Source: a virus. Taken from it: a stretch of DNA of 64,000 nt. Positions 9,568 to 18,838 of the stretch are shown here, piece after piece (the first letter of the stretch is position 1; each line of letters starts with the position of its first letter). The stretch lies in the IMG/VR virus record IMGVR_UViG_3300027708_000024. One strand, given 5' to 3'. The notes below the pieces were generated by a model. The model saw nothing but the letters and a program-made list of their open reading frames with translations, was not told the origin of the DNA and made no database searches. A program made the position numbers and the translations under genes.

Positions 9568-10392
9568 ATGTCAAATTTCGTTAATTTAGCAGCAAGTGTA
9601 AACGGTGTCGAGACTGATCCACCACAAGCATCTACATATGGTGATGCAACACTAAAAGGTTTACCAACAACAACAAATGTTGGAAGAGGTATATATTATC
9701 AAACTGGCATTGGTGTTAGTAACAGTGCAAAATTTCATATTTGCGAACCTTTTGGTGCACCAGTAGCAAGAAATAATTACAAATATTTGGGTAATGGAAA
9801 AAGAATTCCCAACGTATCGTTAGGTGCACCAGGATTAGAAATAGGAGTGCTATTAAAGAGTGCTGCGATGCAAGAAATAATTGGTAAAATAAGAAAAGCA
9901 ATCGAAGATGCATTAGTATCTGATGCATTATCGCCCGTTCTTAGTCAAATTAAAGCGGCCGCCAAATATATTGTAGATGTATTAAAAGACATCAATTTCT
10001 TTTTGACACAATACATAGAAGCAGCAGCGCTTTTAATTGCCGCAGAAAGATATATTAATGGTCTAATTACTTTCATCAAATCACTACCAGCATTACTTGC
10101 AGATGCGTTAAAAGAATGTTTAGATGCATTAGTAAATTCATTGTCGTATGCATTGACATCGAATAGCACAATAGATAGTGGTGGTGTATTACAACAGGTT
10201 AGAGATTTACAAAGTAATCTTGCATTAGCAGAATCCGCAACACAACAGGTAATTAATGGGGCAAATGAAATTGTCAATAATTTTAATACTATTCCACAAA
10301 GTATAAGTGCAGGTTCAAATGCACTTATTAGTGCGATAAAAAATATTAAAAATAATCCACCAAAACCTATAGTGAACGTAAACATTATTTAA
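9568..10392 (+). CDS. Hypothetical protein at the gp5 middle-region position, largely helical
   Basis: Own SD (AGGAAGG); GLPTTTNVGRG resembles the gp5 linker; no lysozyme motifs. Confidence 0.55.
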   Translation: MSNFVNLAASVNGVETDPPQASTYGDATLKGLPTTTNVGRGIYYQTGIGVSNSAKFHICEPFGAPVARNNYKYLGNGKRIPNVSLGAPGLEIGVLLKSAAMQEIIGKIRKAIEDALVSDALSPVLSQIKAAAKYIVDVLKDINFFLTQYIEAAALLIAAERYINGLITFIKSLPALLADALKECLDALVNSLSYALTSNSTIDSGGVLQQVRDLQSNLALAESATQQVINGANEIVNNFNTIPQSISAGSNALISAIKNIKNNPPKPIVNVNII

Positions 10393-10401
10393 GGATATAG
10401 T

Positions 10402-11298
10402 ATGGCAAATCAATTACCTATCGGTAGTGTTTGGTTAACCTCAGAACAAAAACCAGGATCATATCCATATGTAAATGTTACACAAACGGAATCTGGTCAT
10501 TTTCTGATGATGGACGATACACCAGGAAACGAAACAGTACGATTGCAACATGGAAAAATACAACAGTTACAACTATCGGATTCAGGACCAACGACAAACG
10601 CAGCAACATATTTACGAATGATGCCTGATGGATCAATGGAAACAATTGTTACTGGAAATAATTTTACAGTAGTTGTTAATGACCATAACGTTAATGTTAT
10701 TGGTGTATGCAATATTACGGTTAATGGTGATTCTAAATTACATGTGTATGGTGACTGTTTTTCGCAAATTGATAGAAATTTAATTGCAAATATCAACGGA
10801 CAAACTAAAATCCATGCAGAAAAAAACGTCGATATGTCTTGTGCGGGAACAATAGCAATTTCAGCAGGAAATCAAAGTAGTTTACTTGGTGGAGATATTC
10901 GTCTGTCAGCATCAGGAACAGTTCAGGTAAAAGGCGACTTAAATGTAAGCGGTTCGATTACTAGTGCATCAGCAATTAATGCAGCAACAAACTTGACTGC
11001 TGGTTACAAATGCTATGCTATTGGTGGTTTAGAAACACTAGGTGGTGCAAATATTGGATTCTCGACACCAGGACAATATATTCCTACTGGCGTTCTAACT
11101 GCTTCATCATTAGTACAAGCACCACAAATTATTGCTGGTATAGGTAATGTAGGTTTGATGAAAACTATAATGACCAGTGATATGGGTGGATTCTTGTCTC
11201 AATTTAGAACAATATTTAATATTCATAGCAATCGTGGATATGGAAACGATATACCTGATGTAGGTACAGGACCAGCACCGATAGGTTTTACAATTTAA
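10402..11298 (+). CDS. gp5: gp5 C-terminal spike (beta-helix) as a separate ORF
   Basis: YPYVNVTQTESGHFLMMDDTPGNETVRLQH followed by VxGN/VxGD beta-helix repeats. Confidence 0.8.
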   Translation: MANQLPIGSVWLTSEQKPGSYPYVNVTQTESGHFLMMDDTPGNETVRLQHGKIQQLQLSDSGPTTNAATYLRMMPDGSMETIVTGNNFTVVVNDHNVNVIGVCNITVNGDSKLHVYGDCFSQIDRNLIANINGQTKIHAEKNVDMSCAGTIAISAGNQSSLLGGDIRLSASGTVQVKGDLNVSGSITSASAINAATNLTAGYKCYAIGGLETLGGANIGFSTPGQYIPTGVLTASSLVQAPQIIAGIGNVGLMKTIMTSDMGGFLSQFRTIFNIHSNRGYGNDIPDVGTGPAPIGFTI

Positions 11299-11317
11299 TG
11301 TATATTATAGGGAATAA

Positions 11318-12163
11318 ATGATGGCAACAAATACATTTGACAGGTTTCATTATAATTTTGATAGCACTAAGTTTGGTGATGCAATTAATTTGTCTGACCA
11401 AAGTGTTAATGTATTGAATCAAATTACAACTAGCAGTCCAATTTCAGAATGGCAAAAAGTTGCATTGGCTAACGGTCCACTGAATAGGCGTGATTACTTT
11501 AAGAATCCTGTTGCTAATGTGACTTCTGATTTGATCGATACGTTGAATAGTTTAGCAAATACAGCAAACGGAGCAGTTTTTACCAATGATAGTGGAAATT
11601 TGCAATATAATCTTACGGGTCTCGGTGCAGAGAAAAGAATAAAACTATTACAGGCATTTTGGTCACATACAAATAATGTTTCTGGATATTCAGCAAATGT
11701 GGGGTCACAACTTTCTCCAGTTTATGATACGATAAAAGGTTTAGGAACTCAAACGACTATGATCCTAAATACAACAGATGGTGTATCCAATGCAATTGGC
11801 ATGTTAGGTTGTATGACTAGTTTATTCATTGGTGGTGAACTCACTGCAAATGTGGTTCAATTTCAACAGGCCAATACAGATATTGCAAATGGGTTAATTC
11901 AAACATTTTTTCCATCAGGTGTTAGTTGCAATATTTCAGCAGAAATGTGCAATAGTATTAATGTAGCATTGAATGGATTGAGTACAATGGTATATGACAG
12001 AATAAATGGTGATTGGTATTTTTATCAATCAGCAGGTTCAGTTAGCAAAGACAGTTCTTTTTTGAATCAGTTTTCAAGTTTGAGCAACACTCAAGAATAT
12101 TTGATTAAAAATCTGATTGGAACAGACAAATTGAAGGCAAATGTCATTACAAATGCAGCATAA
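11318..12163 (+). CDS. Hypothetical virion-associated protein
   Basis: 281-aa ORF between the gp5 spike and gp25. Confidence 0.6.
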   Translation: MMATNTFDRFHYNFDSTKFGDAINLSDQSVNVLNQITTSSPISEWQKVALANGPLNRRDYFKNPVANVTSDLIDTLNSLANTANGAVFTNDSGNLQYNLTGLGAEKRIKLLQAFWSHTNNVSGYSANVGSQLSPVYDTIKGLGTQTTMILNTTDGVSNAIGMLGCMTSLFIGGELTANVVQFQQANTDIANGLIQTFFPSGVSCNISAEMCNSINVALNGLSTMVYDRINGDWYFYQSAGSVSKDSSFLNQFSSLSNTQEYLIKNLIGTDKLKANVITNAA

Positions 12164-12166
12164 ATA
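12159..12166 (+). promoter_or_regulatory. T4-type late promoter (CATAAATA) 4 nt before the gp25 ATG
   Basis: CATAAATA-ACAT-ATG. Confidence 0.65.
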
Positions 12167-12170
12167 ACAT

Positions 12171-12563
12171 ATGGCAAACTTAACAAAAATATACTCAGAC
12201 ATCGATTTAACGTTTACCCGTGTTCCTGGGACCAATGATGTGGCCTTGAGTTATGACGAACAAGCAGTAATTCGTTCTGTTAGAAACATTTTATTGACTA
12301 ATCGGTTTGAGAGACTATTTCAACCTGATATTGGTTCTGCTGTTCAATTAATGTTGTTTGAGAATCTGTCTCCTTCTATAGCAAATACGCTTGAATTGGA
12401 GATAAAAACAACATTAGAAAATGAAGAACCTAGAGTATCATCTACGACTGTTAAAGTGACACCCGACTACGACAAAAACGGATATTATGTAAATTTAACG
12501 TTTTACATAGGAAATAATACGCAACCTACAGTGGTGGGTTTTCTTTTAGAGAGGTCTAGATAA
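12171..12563 (+). CDS. gp25: Baseplate wedge subunit gp25
   Basis: YSDIDLTF, AVIRSVRNILLT, ERLFQPDIGS, EPRV. Confidence 0.93.
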   Translation: MANLTKIYSDIDLTFTRVPGTNDVALSYDEQAVIRSVRNILLTNRFERLFQPDIGSAVQLMLFENLSPSIANTLELEIKTTLENEEPRVSSTTVKVTPDYDKNGYYVNLTFYIGNNTQPTVVGFLLERSR

Positions 12564-14638
12564 TGGCAACGGCCAACAATAATTTGCAGATTTCGGAATT
12601 AGATTTCAATAATATCAAAGCAAGTCTTACAAGCTTTCTAAAAAGTCAGGACACATTCAAGGACTATAATTTTACAGGTTCTGGTCTAAATGTACTTCTT
12701 GATGTTTTAGCATACAATACTCAATATAATGCATACTATCTGAATATGGTGGCAAATGAGATGTTCTTAGATAGTGCAACACAAAGAGAATCTGTAGTTT
12801 CTCACGCAAAAGAATTGAATTATATACCAAGATCAGTGATTACACCGACTGCAACAGTAGATGTGGTAGTAACAGGACTCAGCACAAATTCATTAACATT
12901 ACCAAAATATTCAACATTTATTTCTGAAAATATTGATGGAAAAAATTATCCTTTCGTAAGTATTGACAATCAGACAGTTAATGTTGTTGCCAATACAGCA
13001 ACATTCAGTAACCTAACAATCAAACAAGGTATTCCTGTAACGTATAGTTTTACTTATAATCAGACATCAAATTTAAAAGCAATGTTTGATTTACAAGATA
13101 TGAATGTGGATACAACTACACTGGAAGTTGAGGTATACCCCAATTCTTCAAATAGTGAATATGATGTATATAATCTATCTAATGACTATCTGACATTGAA
13201 TGGTGAATCTAAAGTATATTTTCTACAAGAAGGAATAAATGGTAAATATCAAATATATTTTGGCGACGGAGTTTTGGGTAAACAATTAGAAGATGGTAGC
13301 AAAGTATCAGTATCGTATATCGTGACAAAAGGTATGGCGGCCGCTGGTGCAAATAATTTCACTCTTACAACATCACTAGGTGGTACTGCGGTAGTCAACT
13401 CTTTGACTTCGGCAACATCTGGTTCAGACAGAGAATCAATCGATTCGATTAAGTTTCAAGCACCAAAAGCGTATTCTGCACAAAATCGTGCAGTCAGTAA
13501 AAATGATTATATTACTGCAATTCAACAAAATAATTTAGGTTTCTCTTTTGATTCTGTTAATGTATGGGGTGGAGAACAAAATGATCCACCAGTGTATGGC
13601 CAAGTCTTTATATCAATGAAACCTGCAGGTGCGTATGTATTTACAGAAACGCAAAAACAACGAATTATTTCTGAAGTTATTAAACCTGTTAGCATTCTTA
13701 CGGTAACACCAACGATTGTTGATCCCGACTATATCTATATTAAATTAAATATAACTGCTTATTATGATCCAACAAAAACTAATTTAACTGCGGCACAATT
13801 AGAAAATGGAATAAAAAATTCTGTTCAGAATTTTGCAGCAAATACATTAAATACATTCAATTCAACATTTAATTCGTATGAATTATTAACTACAATTCAA
13901 AATTATGACCAGTCAGTCATTACGAGTGAATTTAAAATAAATTTGCAGAAGAAGTTTTTTCCAAATTTGACAGGACCAACTACATATAATTTGTATTATA
14001 ATACTCCACTAGAAAAAGGAATATTATTAAGTGGTATAAGTAGTTCGCCAGGATTACAATTTAGAGATCCTTTAACTCCAACACTCATAATCGATCAAAT
14101 TTATATCGAAGAAGTCCCATCTTCAACGCATGGAGTTGAGTCTTTGTCGATTTTGAATCCAGGATTTGGATATCAATATGCACCAACAATAACAATATTA
14201 GGTGATGGTACAGGAGCAACAGCACATGCAGTCATCGTTGCTGGTTCAATTTATAGTATTGTTATCGATACACCAGGTGATGGATATACAAGTGCGATTG
14301 CAACAGTCACACCACACCCTGGAGATACAACAGGTAAATTAGCATCATTAACAGTGAATCTTGCCGGTAGATATGGTACACTAAGAACATATTATAATAA
14401 TACAAAAAATGTCAAGACAATATATAATTCTAATATCGGAACAGTAGATTATCAGACTGGACTTGTAACTTTAAATGGATTTAATCCAATTAACGTCGAT
14501 AATGATTTAGGTCAACTTGCAGTGACAGTCACGCCAACATCATCTATTATTTCATCATCATATAATAGAATAATTACAGTTGATCCTTATGATCCAACAG
14601 CAATTACAGTCAGTCTCATAGCAAAAACTAATAAATGA
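12563..14638 (+). CDS. gp6: Baseplate wedge subunit gp6
   Basis: ELDFNNIKASL, DYNFTGSGLNVLLDVLAYNT, ESIDSIKFQAP, QNRAVS, VWGGE. Confidence 0.95.
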   Translation: MATANNNLQISELDFNNIKASLTSFLKSQDTFKDYNFTGSGLNVLLDVLAYNTQYNAYYLNMVANEMFLDSATQRESVVSHAKELNYIPRSVITPTATVDVVVTGLSTNSLTLPKYSTFISENIDGKNYPFVSIDNQTVNVVANTATFSNLTIKQGIPVTYSFTYNQTSNLKAMFDLQDMNVDTTTLEVEVYPNSSNSEYDVYNLSNDYLTLNGESKVYFLQEGINGKYQIYFGDGVLGKQLEDGSKVSVSYIVTKGMAAAGANNFTLTTSLGGTAVVNSLTSATSGSDRESIDSIKFQAPKAYSAQNRAVSKNDYITAIQQNNLGFSFDSVNVWGGEQNDPPVYGQVFISMKPAGAYVFTETQKQRIISEVIKPVSILTVTPTIVDPDYIYIKLNITAYYDPTKTNLTAAQLENGIKNSVQNFAANTLNTFNSTFNSYELLTTIQNYDQSVITSEFKINLQKKFFPNLTGPTTYNLYYNTPLEKGILLSGISSSPGLQFRDPLTPTLIIDQIYIEEVPSSTHGVESLSILNPGFGYQYAPTITILGDGTGATAHAVIVAGSIYSIVIDTPGDGYTSAIATVTPHPGDTTGKLASLTVNLAGRYGTLRTYYNNTKNVKTIYNSNIGTVDYQTGLVTLNGFNPINVDNDLGQLAVTVTPTSSIISSSYNRIITVDPYDPTAITVSLIAKTNK

Positions 14639-17400
14639 TAGAAACTAGTCAAAAAACATCGTTACTTGTCAAGTATCAACTTCCTGAATTTATTCGGGAT
14701 AATCCTTCATACTCTAAATTTGTAGAATTTTTGCAAAAATATTATGAGTGGACGGAGCAGAATGACAACATCTATGACAGATCAAAGAATCTTTTAAATT
14801 ATCAAGATATTGATAATACATCAAATGAATTTCTACAATATTTTTATAATGATCTACTGCCTTATTTTCCAACTAAGATTGCCGCAGACAAACGAAAAGT
14901 ATTAAAGATAGCAAAAGAATTATATAAAACAAAAGGAACACCAAATTCATATAAGTTTCTTTTTAGAGCATTTTATAATTCAGATGTTGATATTTTCTAT
15001 ACAAAAGATGCCGTTCTTAGGGCATCTTCAGGTAAATGGTACTTACCTAAAAGTTTAAAACTTGCCACGGAAGATAGAAATTTTTTAAAAACAAACAATC
15101 TTAGAATATTTGGTGAAACATCAAAATCAATTGCAACAATCGAAAATTCAGTTGTTGCTGGAACAAAAACAGAAATATTCATTTCCAATATTGAACGTCT
15201 GTTTCAGTCAGGTGAAACGGTTCGTATTGTTGATAATAATAATCAATCTGTTTATTTTTTAGATGGAAAAATAGTTCAACCAGATACACCAGGCGCAGAA
15301 ATACTAAGAGCAAAACTTGTTGGTCAAATTAGTTCAGTAAATATTGATCCAAAAAATAGAGGAACACTTTATCGTGTTGGTGATCCTGTTGTTTTTTATG
15401 GTGGATTAAATTCAATTACAGGTTATGGTGCGACCGCATTGATTGGTTCAGTAACCTCTGGTTCTATTCAACGTGTTCTTGTTGCTACTGGTGGGTATGG
15501 GTACACCGAAGCACCAAATACAGTTATTGATGTGACAAATGCGCCTGGAGCAATACTGACTGTTGGTAGTGTGGATACAACGAAGCCAGCAAATGTAACT
15601 TTTCTTCCAAGTGATACTATTGCTTTATCTGTATATACAACAATTGGTAATACACAATATTCATTCTTTTCAAACAACATGACCGCAAATGCAAATACAA
15701 AATTGTCTGATGCATTTGAATTTTTATCATATACAACATATCCAATTTCTTCGGTTATTGTACAAAATGGTGGTGGAGGAATTTTTGATATTCCAGTTGT
15801 TACTGCTCGATCTTTATTTTCAAATAATATTTCTCGCCTCGCAGGATTTCCACCAGAAAATAATTTAGCAGCATTAGGTATTCTTGCACCAATGATTATT
15901 CAAAATGGTGGTTTGGGCTATGTTGCAAATGATAAAATCATTATCTCTGGCGGTTCGGGAACAGGTGCATTTGCAAATGTAACAAATGTCTCATCAAATG
16001 GTACCATAACTCAAGTCGATTATGTTTATGATGGAGATATTGTTGATTATCCATTAGGTGGGTTTGGATACAAAATAGATAATTTACCAAGATTGAGTGT
16101 TGTTTCTGCAAATGCACAAGCATATGGTGCGTCTATAGCAGTTCGCGGAATCTTGGGTGCGGGTGCAACATTCTCAGTTCAAACAGATCGTGTTGGTGCT
16201 ATTACCACAATTAATGTATCAGATTTTGGTGAAGATTATGTTGCTGCACCAAACGTATCGTTAAGAATTCAAGATATGGTAGTTTCTAATTTGAGTATTA
16301 GTTTATTACCACAAAAAGATGACATTGTGTATCAAGGCACATCATATAATACCTCAAGCTATCATGCAAATGTTGCATCAGTCACGTTACTTGTTCCTGA
16401 TGATGATCCTAGAAAGAGTTTATATAATCTTAGAGTATATAATTATACATCAACACCAAATACATCATTAACTCTGAATACAAATTCTGGTGTTGTGATG
16501 AACACATCTTCGTATCCATATGCAAATACTGTTGGTTATAATTTAGATGGTTTAAAAACTTACGGTGATGGAACAGCAAAAGCAGCTGCAAAATTTTTAA
16601 ATGGCTTAACAATTGGTCAAGGTCAATACCTAGATACAACGGGACAACCCAGTTCTTTTGATGTTTTGCAAAATCAAGAATATAATAATTACACATATAA
16701 ATTGACAGTAGAAAAAGAAATTGCAAAATACAGAGAACCATTACTAAACTTGTTGCACCCAACAGGAACACATGTTATTGGTAGATATGCTGTTAAATCT
16801 TCTGCTAATGTTACGCCATATGTGACAAATACAATGACAAGAGGTCACACGTTAGCATATTACGTTGATGCAGTAGGTTCATATGCAACAATGCAAGCAG
16901 ATTTTACAAATCAAAGTAATAATATAATTACTTTGCATAATCTTAAACCAACAACAAATATTGCAGCATTTATAAATTCTAATAATTGGATTGAATTAAA
17001 TTCTGAAACTGGACCAAATGTATACTCTCAAGTCATTTCAGTTGATGCAACATCGAACACCATAATTATTAAAGATAATGTATGGTTAACTTTTGCTAAT
17101 GTTGCTTATGTTACAGGAAACTCTGGTTCTAACGTCATAAATATAACATCACTGACAGGATCATATGATATCATAAACAATGGAAATTACAGTAATACTG
17201 CGTATCCATTACATGATATTGTTTTTGCTGGAGATATAATTCTAGTTGCTAATAATACACAAAAGACAGTATCTGGTGTTGATTATGATGCAGGATTACT
17301 ATTCTTGAGTTCAAACTTAACAGCAGATGCAAATTCGGTAATGTCTGTTAATAGAACGGCAAATACAACAAATGTTAAAATATTCGCAACCAATCAATAG
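14635..17400 (+). CDS. gp7: Baseplate wedge initiator gp7-like
   Basis: QLPEFIR, KFVEFLQKYYEW, LYKTKGTPNSYKFLFR, LLHPTGT; between gp6 and gp8. Confidence 0.75.
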   Translation: MIETSQKTSLLVKYQLPEFIRDNPSYSKFVEFLQKYYEWTEQNDNIYDRSKNLLNYQDIDNTSNEFLQYFYNDLLPYFPTKIAADKRKVLKIAKELYKTKGTPNSYKFLFRAFYNSDVDIFYTKDAVLRASSGKWYLPKSLKLATEDRNFLKTNNLRIFGETSKSIATIENSVVAGTKTEIFISNIERLFQSGETVRIVDNNNQSVYFLDGKIVQPDTPGAEILRAKLVGQISSVNIDPKNRGTLYRVGDPVVFYGGLNSITGYGATALIGSVTSGSIQRVLVATGGYGYTEAPNTVIDVTNAPGAILTVGSVDTTKPANVTFLPSDTIALSVYTTIGNTQYSFFSNNMTANANTKLSDAFEFLSYTTYPISSVIVQNGGGGIFDIPVVTARSLFSNNISRLAGFPPENNLAALGILAPMIIQNGGLGYVANDKIIISGGSGTGAFANVTNVSSNGTITQVDYVYDGDIVDYPLGGFGYKIDNLPRLSVVSANAQAYGASIAVRGILGAGATFSVQTDRVGAITTINVSDFGEDYVAAPNVSLRIQDMVVSNLSISLLPQKDDIVYQGTSYNTSSYHANVASVTLLVPDDDPRKSLYNLRVYNYTSTPNTSLTLNTNSGVVMNTSSYPYANTVGYNLDGLKTYGDGTAKAAAKFLNGLTIGQGQYLDTTGQPSSFDVLQNQEYNNYTYKLTVEKEIAKYREPLLNLLHPTGTHVIGRYAVKSSANVTPYVTNTMTRGHTLAYYVDAVGSYATMQADFTNQSNNIITLHNLKPTTNIAAFINSNNWIELNSETGPNVYSQVISVDATSNTIIIKDNVWLTFANVAYVTGNSGSNVINITSLTGSYDIINNGNYSNTAYPLHDIVFAGDIILVANNTQKTVSGVDYDAGLLFLSSNLTADANSVMSVNRTANTTNVKIFATNQ

Positions 17401-17407
17401 ATAAGTT

Positions 17408-18829
17408 ATGGCAAATCAATCTCTCTTTACATATGCAGGAAAAGTAGCAGAAGTAGAACACGTTTACTTCTCACCTATTGCAACTCTGCCTGCACCAATT
17501 AATCAAGTAATTGGTACAACATATTGTTTTTTGTCAAAAGTTCATCCTTGGTTCAATGAAAACGATCCTCCGGTACCACAACAGGATCAGAAATACATAA
17601 AAAATGTGTTCAAGAACATGTTTGTAGCAAAAAGAGTACGAGCTAATAATATATCTCCAGTTGCAGAAAGAATAGACTGGACAACAGGCACAGTGTATGA
17701 TTATTATCAAGATGACATTGATCTGTTTCAGACAGATTCCAATGGTAAATTAATTTATAAATTTTATGTAAAAAATAGGTACGATCAAGTTTTTAAATGT
17801 CTTTGGAACAGTTATAATACAACGTCAGTAAACGAGCCATTTTTTCAACCCGGAACATATGGAACAAATAATATCTTTACTGGTGCTGATGATGGATATA
17901 AATGGAAATATATCTATACCGTAGATTTAGCATCAAAACAAAATTTTATGGATGCAAATTATATGCCTGTTCCAGTTGGGGCATATACACCAAACGGACT
18001 GCAAACCAATCCAACTTCAAAAATTAAATGTGGATATGGAAGTATTGATGTAATTAACGTACTAGAGAATGGCAGTGATTATGATCCAGTAACAAATGTT
18101 GTCTCTGTAGTAATTACTGGAGATGGAATTGGTGCATCAGCAACAGCAGAAGTTGCCAATGGAGCAATAAGCAATATTATTGTCACAAACCCAGGGATGA
18201 ATTATACTACTGCAACAGCGACTATCGTATCAGATAACGGTAGTGGTGCAGTATTGTATGCGCCTACATCACCAATAGGTGGTCATGGATTTGATGCGGT
18301 GTCAGAACTTGGTTGCTCAAAAGTTATGTTTGTTACTGAATTCAACGGTTCAGAAGGTGGACTCATTCCAACAGATATGGAATATAGACAATTAGGATTA
18401 GTAATTAATCCTGTTGCATTGAGTACCTATGTTGAAGCAACAGACACGGCAAATCCAGCAGAAGGAGTAATATATAAAACAACAATGGATTTTGTAGTAT
18501 CATCTGGATTTGGAATATATGTTAGTGATGCACTAGTATTTCAGGTACCAATAGGTGCACCAGTAGACATAAACAATGCATGTTTTATTGGAACAGTTTT
18601 GAGTTTCAATCAAACAACAAATGTAATCAAGTTAATAAATACTACAGGAACGTATATAACTAATGCTCCAGTATACGGAAATACATCTAAGACAACTCGA
18701 ACTTTGTTATCAGTAAGTTTACCAGATTTTCAAGTATTGTCTGGATATTTATCATATATTGAAAATCGATCAGGCATTCAAAGAAGTGCAGACGGCATAG
18801 AACAAGTAAAAATTGTATTACAATACTAA
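17408..18829 (+). CDS. gp8: Baseplate wedge subunit gp8
   Basis: RIDWTTGTVYDYY, VFKCLWN, DGYKWKYIY, GGHGFDAVSELG, YIENR..IQRSADGIEQVKIVL. Confidence 0.9.
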   Translation: MANQSLFTYAGKVAEVEHVYFSPIATLPAPINQVIGTTYCFLSKVHPWFNENDPPVPQQDQKYIKNVFKNMFVAKRVRANNISPVAERIDWTTGTVYDYYQDDIDLFQTDSNGKLIYKFYVKNRYDQVFKCLWNSYNTTSVNEPFFQPGTYGTNNIFTGADDGYKWKYIYTVDLASKQNFMDANYMPVPVGAYTPNGLQTNPTSKIKCGYGSIDVINVLENGSDYDPVTNVVSVVITGDGIGASATAEVANGAISNIIVTNPGMNYTTATATIVSDNGSGAVLYAPTSPIGGHGFDAVSELGCSKVMFVTEFNGSEGGLIPTDMEYRQLGLVINPVALSTYVEATDTANPAEGVIYKTTMDFVVSSGFGIYVSDALVFQVPIGAPVDINNACFIGTVLSFNQTTNVIKLINTTGTYITNAPVYGNTSKTTRTLLSVSLPDFQVLSGYLSYIENRSGIQRSADGIEQVKIVLQY

Positions 18830-18838
18830 AGGAATAAA

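Noticed and set aside
9945-10385. 146-aa antisense ORF and the many other 60-130 aa overlapping ORFs in the track
   Set aside because: They lie opposite or inside well-supported genes, lack SDs and recognisable motifs, and look like codon-bias shadows
17136-17143. CATAAATA inside gp7 as an internal late promoter for gp8
   Set aside because: Plausible but within coding sequence of an AT-rich genome; cannot be separated from chance without TSS data
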